This document shows, piece after piece, positions 51,291 through 64,000 of a DNA stretch of 64,000 bases. The stretch comes from Vicugna vicugna (Eukaryota), in assembly GCA_013265495.1 (NCBI GenBank), contig MU058009.1, positions 3,179,780-3,243,779 on the forward strand, given 5' to 3'. The first letter of the stretch is position 1. Each line of letters opens with the position of its first letter. Position numbers and translations under genes: made by a program. Under the pieces are notes generated by a model. That model made no database searches. It saw nothing but the letters and a program-made list of their open reading frames with translations, and had not been told where the DNA came from.

Positions 51291-53739
51291 CCAGTGCTTG
51301 CTGGGTGGTAAATCTTGAAGCTGACAAGACCAGTGTCTACACTCTGGACCCTGAAGTGAGCTCTGCTCCACGTGTCCCACGCGCGGGCGCTTGCTGCTGC
51401 GAGCCCGTGGGTCGCCGGTGCCAGACCCTCTGAGCCTCTGGGGGGCGCTGGGGTCCTCTCCCCGGACACCCATGGCTTCTTGACTGTTCCCTCACGGAAG
51501 CTTCAAAACCAGTGTGAACCCCGCGTGAGATATTTGAGAAGAGGCCCATGTAAACCATTAGAAGGATGGGAACAATGCTTTATAGAGAGAGAGACTGACA
51601 GAAAGGCCGTGAACAGGGAGGGACAGGACTCCCCACTTAATTCTCGTTTGTCTGCAGAGGCTTGGGGTGAGGGTGGTGTCAAGCTGTTGCAGCTCATGCA
51701 AAACCAAAAGGACTTCACGAAGAAAGTTTGATTAGACATCAGAACTTTCTGACAGGAAGGGGTATGAGACAACTCAGTCAACACCAGTCTTCACCTGGAA
51801 ATGCCCATGATGAACACGGGTCACAGACCACAGATGCAAGGCGTTTTCTGAAAGTAACTAGCCACAAAGTTCTGTTCGTGCACAATACTCATACTGGCTT
51901 CCTTCAAATTCACTAAAACCAGTAAGAATTTTCCCCCTTTAACAAAAAAATGCCACCCAATTTTTTAAAAAAGTGGAAAGAGAAGAAAGTCGAGGGGAGC
52001 CCGGCTGCAAGCCCTCTCCCGGGCTACGTCTGTGGCTCGATCTGCACGTGGGCTTTGCGCCTTTCCGTTCCCCAGACAGCCGTCCGCCCGGCTGGCCCGA
52101 GGCGTGGCTCCGGCAGTCCTCCCGGGCACGGGGATGGACAGGTGAGGAACGCGGCCCAACCCAAGTCCTCCTCCTCCGAGGGCACCGCGGGGCCCCAGCA
52201 GCTCCCTCCGCCCACGGAGCCAGGAGCACAGTGGACCTGGAAAACACTGCTGAACCCTGCACGGGACCTGTGCTTGCTGCACTGCAGAGACCAGGAGGCC
52301 TGCTTCCTGCCGTTGGACACGGGGATGCTCTGCCTGTGACGTTAACACGTGAGTCCACTGGCACAAAGTCACCGCGAAAGACCTCACAACGCCGTATGGT
52401 TTACAAGCCCAGCCCTGTGTGACTCAGAGAGATACGCAAAACAGGGGCAGTGGAAGCTCCAGGAGGACACATGGGTGGGGCACCCTGAAGACATGAACTG
52501 AGCAGTGAATCGGGGGCCACTAGCTGGAGAAAGTGGAAACAGAATATACTTTTTATCCTTCTTTCCTTTTTCTGAAGCACAAATATGAAGACCTCACGTT
52601 GACTGGACGTGTTCTATGCAGATACCTGGGGACAGACATCACTGTTATCCCTACTTTGCAGACGAGGAAACCAAAGCTCGGGGAGCTTGAACGCAGCAGA
52701 GCAGCAGTCCACTGCAGTGAATGGAAACCTGGGCTTTGGAACACCCGGGTGTGACATCTGGCTCCACCAGCACTTGCTCTGTGATCACGGACAAGGCCCT
52801 CCGCTCTCACCACCACAAAGCCGTAACACACGTGAAAGGAGGGACATCTGTCTGTTTTGTCCACTACTGACCAGCCCTTAGTATTTTTTCAATAAATAAA
52901 GGAATAAGGCCAGAACAATCCCCCAACTGGAGAGGAGTATTTTAAGGTACAGGGGGATCAACGCCACAGCCCAGCCTCGCCAGTTCCTACCAGTCAGGCC
53001 AGGAAACAGCTTACTCTCCAGAGCGTCACCTCCTTCCTTCTTCACATCCCAACCCCTGCACTTCCCTGCCTTCTCTCTGTCGCGAGAGAACTTATCATCA
53101 CCGCTCTGAGGCAACGCAACCTGGCTTGGAATTCTCGCAGCCTGCAGTCCCCTTGGGTTTAAGCTTCCTGTTTTAAAGCTCCAAGAACCCTAGCTCTGGA
53201 AAATACCACTTCTTCAATGATTTTCCATAATTCCCCAAATAGACTTCTCTCTCCTTTCTTGCCCAAGTTCTTTAATATTCTGAGTTACTCAAACTTCAGG
53301 TAACCTTCCTACCTATTTAATATATGAATTTCAATCTTTTTTTGAGTTTCTCCAGACTCATCTATACTTTTCTGTTACTACTGAGCAACATCTTGGGTTC
53401 TGAAACCAATCTACGATGTAAATAACTCGGTGGGGGTGGGGGGGGTGTGATCAACTATGATACGTGAGCTCGTTTAGGACCGTCCCATTTTCTGAAAGTA
53501 CTTGGACGCTTAGCAAAGGGGAGCCGCTGGAGGGAGCAGCGAAATGAAGGCTTAGTCAGCAACGTTCACAAGGGACTGAACAAAACATAGGAAGACTTGA
53601 CTTGTGAGTGCAGAGGTGCTGAGAAGGGAAATGTTTATTCTTTTATTCAATACTAAATGAGTGTCTTCTTTGTCTCAGGCCGTGTGTACGTTATGGGGAC
53701 AAAGGCTGGTTCTGGCCCTTAAAGAACCGCAGGTCCAGG

Positions 53740-53956
53740 CAAGGTTTCTCAACCTTTATGCTACTGATACTGGGGTAGGGCGGCGGAGGGGGGCGGTGCT
53801 GTCCTATGTCCTGCAGGACTCTCAGTGGTGCCCCTGGCCTCCAACCACCAGATGAAGTAACTCCCTGCCTCCCTTCCCAGATGCAACAACCAAAAGTAAC
53901 TCCAGATAGTGCCAGGCACCCTAGGGGAAAACTGCTCCCCAGCTGAGGAGAACTAG
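53740..53956 (-). mobile_element. MER20 (hAT-Charlie)
   Basis: caaggtttctcaacc..gctgtcctatg..cctggcctccaaccaccagatg..acaaccaaaa..ctccagatagtgcca aligns over its length with the MER20 reverse complement. Confidence 0.85.
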
Positions 53957-55905
53957 GTTTGGGGAAAGTGGGCCATTTCTCTAATACACGGTGATCAGTA
54001 CTATTATCAAAACTAGGAGTAGAGAAGAGGGCCTCTTAGTTCTGGGGGAAAACGGGAGGGGATGCCCTAGGAAATTTCACAGAATGGCACTGATTATTCA
54101 TTTTTTGAAAAATATTTAGCAGTATGCCAAGTAGACAAAAAGAGGGGAAGTTTGGGGCAGAGGGAGCGAAGAGAAGGACGAGTGGAGAAGACACGGAGGC
54201 ACAGACAACAGCATGAACAAGACCTGAAGGAAGAGCGATCAGAGCTCAGGCCCCGGGGGACGGCTTGCATGAGGGAGAACCGGAAATGAGGCTGGGACCA
54301 GATCACTCCACGTAAGAAAGGAGCCGGAATTGTAATATAATAAGTATATATTTAAAACAAGTGGAGCCCTTTTCAAACAAAACCTTACCTAGATCCCCAG
54401 TCTACTCAGCTGATGAAAATACAACTGCTTTATGCATCACGGTCCAATCAGGACCCCCGGCCTCCAAGCTGGCTTCTGAGGCCCTCTGTGAAACCTTGAA
54501 CTCTGGGAAGCATGCTGGAAAAATCACTTTTGCAGGCAGAAGGCACCCCTGAAGGGTGTTAAGTGAAGGATATATGTTCACATTTGCTTTTCAGAAAAAG
54601 CGGTCTTGAGGCAGGGCTGAGTATGGAGAATGGACGAACCTAAAGGCAGAGACCAATCAGCATCTGATATGTGGCATCACGTGGAGACCAGCCTTCAGAC
54701 TGTGATTATACAGGACATGCTGGCTTCAGAGTTGTGCATACCCGGCTTCAAACTCCAGCTCTGTCATTAACTATGACCTCGGGCAAGTCAGCTGACCTTG
54801 CCAAGCTCTATTTTCTTATTCTGTGTGATGGGGCCACCTACCTCACTTGGTTGCTCTAAAAAATTATGTCCACGGAGGTCAGGTGCCGGCACAGGATAAG
54901 CACTCAGCAAGCACAAACATGCACCCTCTTCTTCCGCTTGGTCTCTTAATGACAACGCCTTAAGTCTCCCTGATCCTGGGTAGCTTCAGGTGTGGGAGGG
55001 GAGATTTAATTGCTTGTTAACGGATTTCCTACTCGCTGCAGGATACACAATTTTTTTTTAAAATTAACTTTTATTTTTGGAGTGACCTATTAGCATGAGC
55101 CACATGCTAAGAGAAGGGCTCAGGACTTGGCCTCTTCTCACTGTGGGATCTGCCAGGATGTCTCCTACGAGGGAGGTCAGAGCAAGAGTGGCCAAAGCTC
55201 AAGCACCGTGTGTGTCTGCCTGGTCCGGAGACAATGCCTCTGGCCTTCTTCAGTCTAGCAAAGCCTGCATCAGTTTCATGGTTAGGAAGTCAGCAGCTAA
55301 AAACTCTGTGCAGCTCTTTCAGGAGATTCAAGTGATGTTGGGATCACAAAGCCTGAATTGTGAGGTCCAAGTTTTAAACCTAGGTACCTTCTATTCCTTA
55401 CCATCCGTGCCAGCAGTACCTCCTCCGCTGTGAATACGTACCCCCTTCCTGAGAAAATCATCTTTGTTTTGAGAGCACTCATGTACTCTGTCCTGGTCTT
55501 TCTCACTGTTCACTGTCACAGGGACTGTGTACTGTCAGCTAAGAGACACGCCCACTGTCACAGTGTGAACAGTTTAGGGTTTGGGGTAGAGCTGGGTGGA
55601 GAACTGAGCCCAGTGTAGGAAGAGTTCAGATGAAGTAGTCTGAGATGACAGGCAGTGCCTGTGACTTAGGGCTTATGCCGGAAGGCCTGCGGAAGCAGGC
55701 CCATTCAAATAGACAAGCTGACTGATGAGAGCCTTGTGACACTCTGTGGGCAGCCTTCATGCCCGTGCCCCTGGAACAGAGCGCTGCTCTTCTCTCACGG
55801 CCAGGCTTCCTGCACGCCACACCGTCCCTTTCTAGTGGAGACAAGCACACATCCAACCCTGTCCAAGCTGAGACTCTGATGGGAAGGGGAACTCGGCGGT
55901 CTTAC

Positions 55906-56035
55906 CTCTGAATTAGCGTCCCAAAGAGGAGATGAAGAACTTTCCGCATGTTTTCCGTACACAGCCATCTCCACTGCTCCATCAGCAGCAAAAGCAGCAG
56001 ATCCAGGGCTGTGTCAGCCAACTCCGTCTCTGTTC
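55906..56035 (-). CDS. SNX19: SNX19 exon 8: (G)TETELADTALDLLLLLLMEQWRWLCTENMRKVLHLLFGTLIQ
   Basis: 130 nt, ttttcatccccag| acceptor, |gtaaga donor, phase 1 to 2; start of the PXC/Nexin_C domain. Confidence 0.96.
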
Positions 56036-57759
56036 CTGGGGATGAAAAGGCACCAAGAGTAAGTCAGAGATCTGTGATCGAGGAGCGCATTTCGGCGCAC
56101 TGGGTTGTCGCCGTCTTCATAACAGGTCGTCTGTAATCCACCTGGAGTCAAGTCCGAAATGTCTGCCTCATTTCTACGAAGTTTAGTGAGAGGCTCCATA
56201 CTCCTTTACAATTCTTTTATGTTCCACAATCACTTAGCAAAAGTTTTTAATCTCTAAAAGGTTTTGCATCTAATTATTTTGCCTACTTAGCTTCTGTTTC
56301 TTTTGTATTTCCCCCAGGAAGCTGAACACATTTTGTTCCAAGTAAGTGCTCACAACTGGTGACTAACTGGAACTGGCAGGGCCTGGTCTCCTCCATCCTT
56401 CTGTTCCACTCGCCTCCACAAAGCACCATGGAAATGTAATGGGCAGCAGACATGGGATTCATTCTGTCAAAAAGTTGCTTTGAAAGCATTCCATTACATG
56501 GAGCTGATGGGGTAGGATCCAGGAGACTTCCGTTTGATTTTGAGATCAGGTGTGGTTCTAGGAAGAACACTGCACCTTTGGTAAGATGCCACGATGACTC
56601 CTTTCTTTCCTGTCCCCAGGGCTGGAAGGGCCCCTGATGAGCTCGCAGCCAGGCCAGGCTGACTCCTGGAGCAGGTGGACTTCACGGACGGAAGCACCCC
56701 TCCTTCACCCTGTGCCCGGGCCCCACAATGGGGCCCCCTCTGATTTGCTTCCCAGGAGACTGCCCCAGAAATACGTAATGTTCCTGAGAGAATTTCCAGT
56801 ATCTGTGCTACAGCTGTGACTAATATTATAATCAATCATCGACAGTTCCGTTAGTCTGGGAACAACGGCATTCTCCGGGCCACTTAAAGTTTTGTTAGAA
56901 AACGCACGATTTCAAATGTAGGCAAATCGGGTAGAATCGAATCCTACTTTCTTCTTAACCCCACCCAACATAGCTTTCCGCTTTCTGCACTGTATCGAGG
57001 GGGCTGGCGCCAGTGCTTTCTAGTCATCTGCTCAGAACGGGGCTCCAGTTCCTTGGGAACAGCACCATCCCGAGCCCGACTCGCCCTCCTCAACTGTTAT
57101 CTTCTCAGGTCTGAATTTGCCTACAGCTGCCACCATGTGGTGACAACGAGTCACAGCAGCAAAAAATAAGCAAAAGCAAACAAGGCACCAAGTCCTCCCG
57201 AAGGCAGTGGAAAGTCACCTGTTACGTGAGCATTCTGAGTCTCAGGGCGGGAAGAAGGGCTTGGGCACAAATTACCCCCGTAGAGATACGATGTTCAAAA
57301 TGTAAAGGCTTGATTTTGGCTAGAAGTGCATCGTTTCACCATCTCATTCAGTCTCTCATGGTCCTCCGATGTTCCTGCCGTCCTAACACTTCGTCTACTC
57401 ACCCAGTGAGCTGTGTGTGAAGGGCTGGGGTGGCACGCCCGGTTCTCACAGGTAAGCTGAGGTCCACACAGCAGAGGCCAGGTGACTGATGTGGGCACCT
57501 GAGGCACAACGGGGAAACCGGCCTTTTCTCGCCTGAACCCAAGATTTTGGGATCCTTTATTTTCAGTGGGAGCCTTTGTCTTGGAGGCTTTAAAAAGCTT
57601 TCTTTTTATGAGTTCCAGCTCAGCAAACGTACTAATATCCAGGGCTCCCAGCTTTGCTCCGTAGAAAGCACCTGCACCTCTGGGAAGTGAACGTGCCCTG
57701 TGTCACACGCTTATGACTCTTCCCCCTCCCTGCTCTGCCCTGGGTAACTGGGTGGTGTC

Positions 57760-58160
57760 ACCTGCCATGGCAGTAATGAAACCGGAGGAACAGGGAAAAA
57801 GAAAAATTCCATTTTGTACATGCTGTACTTCAGCTGCCCCGCAGTGTATCTAAGCGGAGATGTCCAGTGGGCAACTGGAAACACACAGCCAACATTCAGG
57901 CATCACCCGCACACGTGTTAGAGCTGAAGCCAACGGCATAGATGAGGTCGCCCTGGAGGAGTGTGCAGAGTGGAACAGAGAGCCAAAAATAAAGCTCTAG
58001 AAGGCGCAGGAGCCAACAAAGGGGACTGAGGAAGGATCACAAGAGAGGCGAAAAGAAAACCAGGAAAGTGGTACCACAGACACCAAAGGAAGGAAGTTTC
58101 TAAGGACGGGGAGTAGACCAAGAAATGCCGGAGCACGAAAGAGGGACGGTACTGTAAGCC
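57760..58160. mobile_element. L2 fragment
   Basis: ttccattttgtacatgctgtactt..ggagatgtccagtgggcaactgga. Confidence 0.55.
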
Positions 58161-58383
58161 CGGATCTTACCTTGCTGGACTGGGACGCCCTGTTTTGAGG
58201 CCATGTCCCGCTGCTCGACTCAGCTCTGGGGCTGTGCCCGAGTCCTCTCTGACCCGAGCACTGGCATAGGACATCACACGTCAGAGTTTAACGTGTGGCC
58301 TGCTCAGAAGAGAGGCTGAAGCGATGCCCCCCAGGGACCACAAGTCCCAGGTGGACTGTGTCCGGCCTCCTGCTGCCTCTCAC

Positions 58384-58564
58384 CTTGGTCACTGCTGCTG
58401 AGGTCTTGGGCTGGCACGGCTGCGTCCGACACGTGACCAGCCACGCACCCTTTGGAGATTTGCTCAGAATCTTTCCCTGGGGCATCCACTGGCTGCATCT
58501 CGAGTAACTTCGTCTGTTTTTCAATAAAGGATTCCATCCCAGATGTGGAGAGGATCTCTGACTC
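58384..58564 (-). CDS. SNX19: SNX19 exon 7: ESEILSTSGMESFIEKQTKLLEMQPVDAPGKDSEQISKGCVAGHVSDAAVPAQDLSSSDQ
   Basis: 181 nt, ctctttcttcag| acceptor, |gtgaga donor, phase 0 to 1; in ORF 58304..58675. Confidence 0.96.
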
Positions 58565-59040
58565 CTGAAGAAAGAGCCAGAGGCAGGTCACTGAGGATGC
58601 GGAGAGCAGGAGGGCGACTGCAGCACTCGGGGTCCCCCTGTTCCCTCCCCGCAGTGTCACGAGTAGGGGACCCAACTGACTCTGTGACCAGCTAAGGAGA
58701 GTTTTTACGTTTTACCTAAATTGCAAGGAAAACAATGCCTTTGTAGTCTCACTTGCCATAGAAACTTCGGGTTTTCTTCCAGGAACTTGCTTTCTCATTC
58801 TGTCACCCAGTATCCCAAGCCCACCACCCTTGAGGAGCCAACCCGCTAGCCCGGAACTTCAGGAATTCCAAACCGCTTGGAGGAGATACGCCTAGAACGC
58901 AAGCCAGAGACCCAGACGTTGGCTAAGTCTTCACAAGGCACCTACGTCCTTTCTGACCCTGGGAACGTGTCAACCCCCGGAACTGCAGAGTCGACATCAG
59001 AGCCGTGAACGCCGGAGTTAGTTCTCTAGGGACCTCTTAC

Positions 59041-59137
59041 CACACCGCCTTCCCGGAAACAGTAGAGAATCTTCTCGTGTGTCTCACTGATACTCAGTGC
59101 TGGAGACATTTTACTGGATGAGAACCTCAGTCTGGAC
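59041..59137 (-). CDS. SNX19: SNX19 exon 6: (K)SRLRFSSSKMSPALSISETHEKILYCFREGGV
   Basis: 97 nt, tttctgtgccag| acceptor, |gtaaga donor, phase 2 to 0. Confidence 0.95.
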
Positions 59138-60290
59138 CTGGCACAGAAATAAAGAGCAGAAACAGTATGTAGTTTACGGTCTTGATCCCCGTACAAAGGG
59201 CTGAAAATACTAACACCTCAAAACAAGAACACATACTTAACCTCGGGCGTCTACTGTGGTCAGAGTTGCCAGGAGACACCTGGCCCTGAAATCCCCCAAA
59301 CAACACATATTCTGGCAATTCTTAATATACGTGCAACTCTTACACACAGCTGTGCCCACAATGCACTTGTGAAAGGGCTTCTGCTAATGTCATACAAGGA
59401 CCAGCCTGTCAGGGCCATGTTTCCACAGGCCAGAAGAGCAGCTGGCACACACTACGCACTCGTGACAGATCTGCTGAAGGGTAAACAGACAAGCGGCACG
59501 GACCAAGGCTGTCGCTGTCCGCGCCTGTCTGCACATCCACTTGTCCCCCTGTGCTCCGGGCAACAGGAATGTTTTGAGGAACAGGGTTCTTATAAGCACA
59601 AGCTTCATGGTCACCCTTCAAAATATGGGCCCAATAAGAAGAAGAGGCTAAGAACTGCAAGTGTTCTTGCCGGCCTGTGAAACATGAACAGAGACAAAGA
59701 CAGACAGACAGATGTACACACACACACTCTCTTATTCTCCATAGTGGCCCGGACATAGATAGGATGTGTCCAGGAAACTCAGGGCGGGGTCCTCCCTTTC
59801 CGTGTCCTCTCCCAGAGCACCTGGGAGCCTCGAGCAGGGGAGAGCAGCGGCCGTAACAGTTACCCAGTCCGGCCTTGCTGGGTCCACTCCAGCCCTTTCC
59901 TGTTTACTGCTCGGGTATTCAACTTGAGCCAAGATTTCCAGAAATGATGGCAATCGGAGATCAGTCATAAACCTCAATTCTTAAAAGGAAAGAAACAGCT
60001 CAATTTTCCAGGACAACAGACAAGGAGAATATCCATGTGCTAGAGTCTTCCTTCTGGTGAGGAACCCCCGGGCAGCGTGGGCCCCGGGCTCCCACGGCAG
60101 GACAAACGCCCAGCGAGGCTTCCTGCGCGGGGCCTCAGGCTCTTCTGGGCGGAGCGCTGAGGAGGCTGGGGCCCGGCTCTGCATAAAGACTGGTACACAT
60201 GACGCATCCCGCTCTCCTAGGGCTTAAGGGTGGGGGTGGGCTTTGGCTGAAAACTGGGGAGGAAGGTGCGAAGTGGGGAGGGTTTCTCAC

Positions 60291-60421
60291 TTGCTGGCCT
60301 TCTTGCCTTCTGTCTGGAGTCTGTTTTCTGTCTCTGCCTCACTCAGCTCCTCGGTGGGGCTCTGGGGCTCGGAGCGAGGAAATGCTGTCTTCAAGGTGTC
60401 CACGATCGCGCTCACCACGGT
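60291..60421 (-). CDS. SNX19: SNX19 exon 5: TVVSAIVDTLKTAFPRSEPQSPTEELSEAETENRLQTEGKKAS
   Basis: 131 nt, cccctgcag| acceptor, |gtgaga donor, phase 0 to 2; not in the ORF track, translated by hand. Confidence 0.95.
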
Positions 60422-62288
60422 CTGCAGGGGTCAGAGATGCAGGGTCAGACAGCACCCCAGGGAGCACTCTCTCCAGGGGCTGTGTGCCCTGGGCCGGGCA
60501 GGCAGCTGCTCATCCAGCAGAGCCGCATCTGCCGGCAGTCAGGCACAGCTCGCAACCCAGTGCCCATGTTCTCCCCTCCTGTCTGTGGTCATAAAAATCC
60601 TCTCCCTGAGAGTTACAACAAACAATGCCACGCGAAAAGAAGACAAAACAATGGGACAAATAAAAATCTGGGAGCCTACAGGCTTGTGAAATACTTTCCT
60701 TGTTCAATTTCTCTCTTTTCATCCAAAAGAATGATTTTTCATTTCCAAATTGGTAATCCTTTCACCAAGAGGTGATTAAGTGGAAGTAACACAGGGAGGA
60801 ACATATGAAGAAAAGGAAAAGTGAGGAAGATTATCAAAATAAGAACTAAGGTCTGGAAGCAATATAATACAAAAATGCTCATAGCAATTCACAGAGGAAA
60901 AAAACTGGTTTTCCTGCTAATTCAAACAATTTCTCTTCCTTAACTACAGAAAGAATAACAAAAATCACTCAGGTTAAAATTCAGGAATGGAGCTGCTATA
61001 AACTTCTCTACTTAAAAAGATGAAACAGTCCTCACTGAAAGAGTAAGAATTATCTCTATTTCTCAGAATGGGAATATGACACGTAGACATTTGCTAAAAA
61101 GAAAAATAAAGAAATAAATGAAACCCTAAAATATCAAAGTAATGGAAGGAAACACCGCCTTTCCCTCAGGTGCCTAATTAACACTGCTGGCTCAGTGGCA
61201 CCAGGCCCACTGCACCCGGGGAGGCTCCCACAAGGACCCCAGCCAGCACAGCCACGACGAGGCAGAAACGGCTGAGCAGGACCACAGTAAAAGCCAGGGG
61301 ACAGAAACCAGGGAAGGGACCCAGAACAGTATGAATGTGGATTAAGTAGCTTACAAAACACGACTCCCTCTCCAGGCTCACAGAACCGCAGTCTGCAGGG
61401 AGGGTCCAGACCTGTCTTGTCCACGCCTGTATCACTAGCAACTAGTACAGTGCAGGGCTTTAAACAGGCGTGCGGGAGGCAGACGTTGAAAACAGTCAAT
61501 GAAGGAACACGTGTGCGTGGACAAATACGTCCGCATGGAACTCTGAGGATCTCATCTCGTCTATCCCTTTCCAGTTTGCAGTTCTTCCTCAGAGCAGTGA
61601 ACATCTCCTAACTCCTACCACATGACATTCCAATTTATCACTTTATCCCCTGAAGTCTAGATGAGAAGAGGGAGAGCCCTCTTCTGCCAGAGTCAGTGTT
61701 CTCTAACCTGTTAAAACATACGCCAGTTCTGATAAGCATAAACCTCAGACTTCTGACCTGGAGACTCTAAAACCAGTTGGTAGTCACTGCACACGGTTAC
61801 ACAAACGTCCTTCTCCGACCATCTCCAAAGGTTCCGAGACACCCTCCTAAAGAAGGGGCAATTCTCTCACACTGCTCACCAGCAGAGAACCACTATACCG
61901 ATCTAAATCCAGCTTAGTGTCCTGTCCTAGGGCTCTCTTCCCCGAGTGACCGGCACTGGAATGACCTTCTGCTCCAGAAGAGTCCTTCCTGCCCCCACCG
62001 TCTGTGGAGGCCCAGATCTATCCTTACCTCCCTCCACTGGAGTAATAATGTCATGATGCCCCCAGGAAACACGTGCACTGACTGTGTAAGGGGTACTGTG
62101 TCCTCATAGTTGCTCCCCATCATTCAGAAAGCTGATGATCTAACCAATATTTGGCAACAGGTCTTGAAAATCTAGCCCATGTTCTACGCACTCCTCTGTG
62201 CTGCCCCTCCCACGCCCCTCCCGTGCTTTTCAGACCCAGCCTGAACACCGCTAGGAGCTAAGGCCGACCCCGGTGGCCCACCTCGCAC

Positions 62289-62408
62289 CTTGTCTATCCG
62301 GGAGCCCACGAACGGTTTCTTGACGAAGGCGATGCGCGCGTCTGTGTTCAGGGCAAGGAACTCCTGCACCTCCTCGCTGTTAGCGAGCTCAGGAATGGCG
62401 CAGAGTTG
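62289..62408 (-). CDS. SNX19: SNX19 exon 4: QLCAIPELANSEEVQEFLALNTDARIAFVKKPFVGSRIDK
   Basis: 120 nt, ttttgcag| acceptor, |gtgcga donor, phase 0 to 0; PX C-terminal helix; in ORF 62184..62465. Confidence 0.97.
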
Positions 62409-62520
62409 CTGCAAAAGACACAAGGACTTCAAAGAGAAATTCTGGTCCCCACATCTCTTCACCATGGCTTGGGCGTCTGGGAGAGAGACCAGGAGCAGAG
62501 CCGGAACAGAAGCTGCTGAC

Positions 62521-62621
62521 CTTTAGGAATGATTCCAAGAGGCTCTTGCGGGCTTCCACTCGGTCACTATCCATGTTTCCAAATGGAAGGTCTGGAAAGA
62601 GCTTTTTAGGACCCTTCACAT
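62521..62621 (-). CDS. SNX19: SNX19 exon 3: (N)VKGPKKLFPDLPFGNMDSDRVEARKSLLESFLK
   Basis: 101 nt, T19-aag| acceptor, |gtcagc donor, phase 1 to 0; visible in ORF 62389..62619. Confidence 0.97.
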
Positions 62622-62959
62622 CTTAAAAAAAAAAAAAAAAAAAGACTTAATTCATGTAACACTCACTAAGAGCTATTCCATATAAAACATAACACATATC
62701 TAAAGAAAACAGAACTGCTGAATATACTTCCTGGGGTTTTTTTCTCCCGTTACCCACGGCTGGAGCTGAGAGGCAGCCCGAGGATGGCGAGGGGGCCGGG
62801 TTCCAAGGCCTGGGGCGCTTGCTCATCCCTCGAGTCCCTCCCTGGGGTCTCCCCTTCCTGGGATTTTCTTGTTTCAGGAGTTCCAAATATGACCCCTGGG
62901 ATACAGTACATACAACCTACTTCCACTATTAATGATAATATTAAGGTATAAGAGGCAAT

Positions 62960-63200
62960 ACACTACACTGGTTATGAATAAGGGCCCTGAAGTCCAAACG
63001 CCCAAGTTTAAATGTTGGCTCCAATCCCTACTACAATAAAGACCTTAGGCAAGTTGCTTAATCTTTCTTTGATTCTTTTCTGTAAAATGGGGATAATGAC
63101 AGTACCTATCTCATACACTGCTATGAGACTTAAATGAGCTAATACGTGTAAAGTGCTTAGACCTGAACTGAGCATGTATTTTTAAGCTTGGCTCAGTCAC
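62960..63200 (+). mobile_element. MIR
   Basis: gaccttaggcaagttgcttaatct..tctgtaaaatggggataatgacagtacctatctcata..aaatgagctaatacgtgtaaagtgcttag. Confidence 0.9.
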
Positions 63201-63780
63201 TGTTGGCTACTGCTATTAAGAAAGTGTATAACTGAAATCCACAGTTTATGCCTAAAAACTTATTAAAATATTTATTTGGGTGACCACTGGTGTCTTTTTT
63301 TTAAACAAAGTAGCTACTTACTAGCTTATTTTTAAATTTTCTATTTTCTTACTGTCCCCGTGCCTTACAAGTGTCAAAAAGCACACAAAAAAGCCTGCTG
63401 TTAAAGGAAAAGTGGTAAAGATTTCTAGATAATATTTTAATACTTATGAGAAATCAATCAAGGGAACCTGGAAAAGTTAATTTAACACTTCCTGATACCT
63501 CATAGGCACAGGTAGAAATATGAAAGTTTCTTTCTTAAGCTTAAACTAGATGCGGCCCCAGGACAAAGGACTCAGCGGCAAAGAAGTACCTTGGAAAGAC
63601 TGTCATCAACACTGTCCAGCGCTAAACCCAAAACACCTGTAAGCAAACTGGGGCACACTGGACCCTCGAGGCCACATTCTCCCCCGACCCTCCCCGCAAA
63701 CCAGCAGGCCTCCAGCCTCTCAGATTAGGGTGCCAGGTGTGAGAGCAAGCGGGCATTCTGGGGCTGGGGAAATGCCTGAC

Positions 63781-63919
63781 TTTTGATGAACTTTCGTAGA
63801 TCTGACTTCTCCTCCAGGCGGGTCTGCAGGTTCAGGAACTCGCGGTAGCGGCGGTTGACGGTGTGGTAGGCCAGCTGCTGCAGGCCGCCGCTGCTCTCGC
63901 CGTCCAGGGCCGTCTCGTA
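63781..63919 (-). CDS. SNX19: SNX19 exon 2 (PX domain N-part): YETALDGESSGGLQQLAYHTVNRRYREFLNLQTRLEEKSDLRKFIK
   Basis: 139 nt, cag| acceptor and |gtcagg donor, phase 0 to 1. Contains the PX RRYREF motif; near-identical to human SNX19 as recalled. Confidence 0.97.
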
Positions 63920-64000
63920 CTGCGAGTGAACACACTTGTTTACGGCGTCAGCTCACAGGCCACGTTACAAGTACAGGAGGCGTAAGGGGAGCAAGACCTT

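Overview
Mammalian genomic DNA, GC- and CpG-rich, most likely camelid: a tRNA-derived SINE at ~13.1 kb resembles Vic-1 as I recall it. The main gene is SNX19 (sorting nexin 19) on the minus strand. Ten coding exons (2-11 in human numbering) run from 63919 down to the stop at 32175. All have AG/GT boundaries with compatible phases and total 1305 nt (434 aa + stop), covering most of the PX domain, the linker and the PXC/Nexin_C domain. Exon 1 (TM/PXA) lies beyond the right edge. Downstream are a ~4 kb candidate 3'UTR and a 3.2 kb internally deleted class I ERV provirus (21654-24862) with two LTRs, a 4-bp TSD, tRNA-His PBS, PPT, gag and env remnants, and no pol. The left 21 kb is repeat-rich and has no gene I can name. 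It holds L1, MaLR, MER21, MIR/L2, a gapped (CATC)n tract and a CpG island built on old L2/MIR sequence, plus some weak exon-like segments. I found no convincingly new biological system. The best leads are the provirus and its promoter-intact 3' LTR, a predicted NMD-escaping SNX19 exon-9-skip frame, an N>D change in the PXC motif, a 64-bp local templated duplication, and low-confidence hints of an unannotated spliced locus or pseudogene in the left 16 kb. All homology statements are from memory and by-eye alignment; no searches were run.
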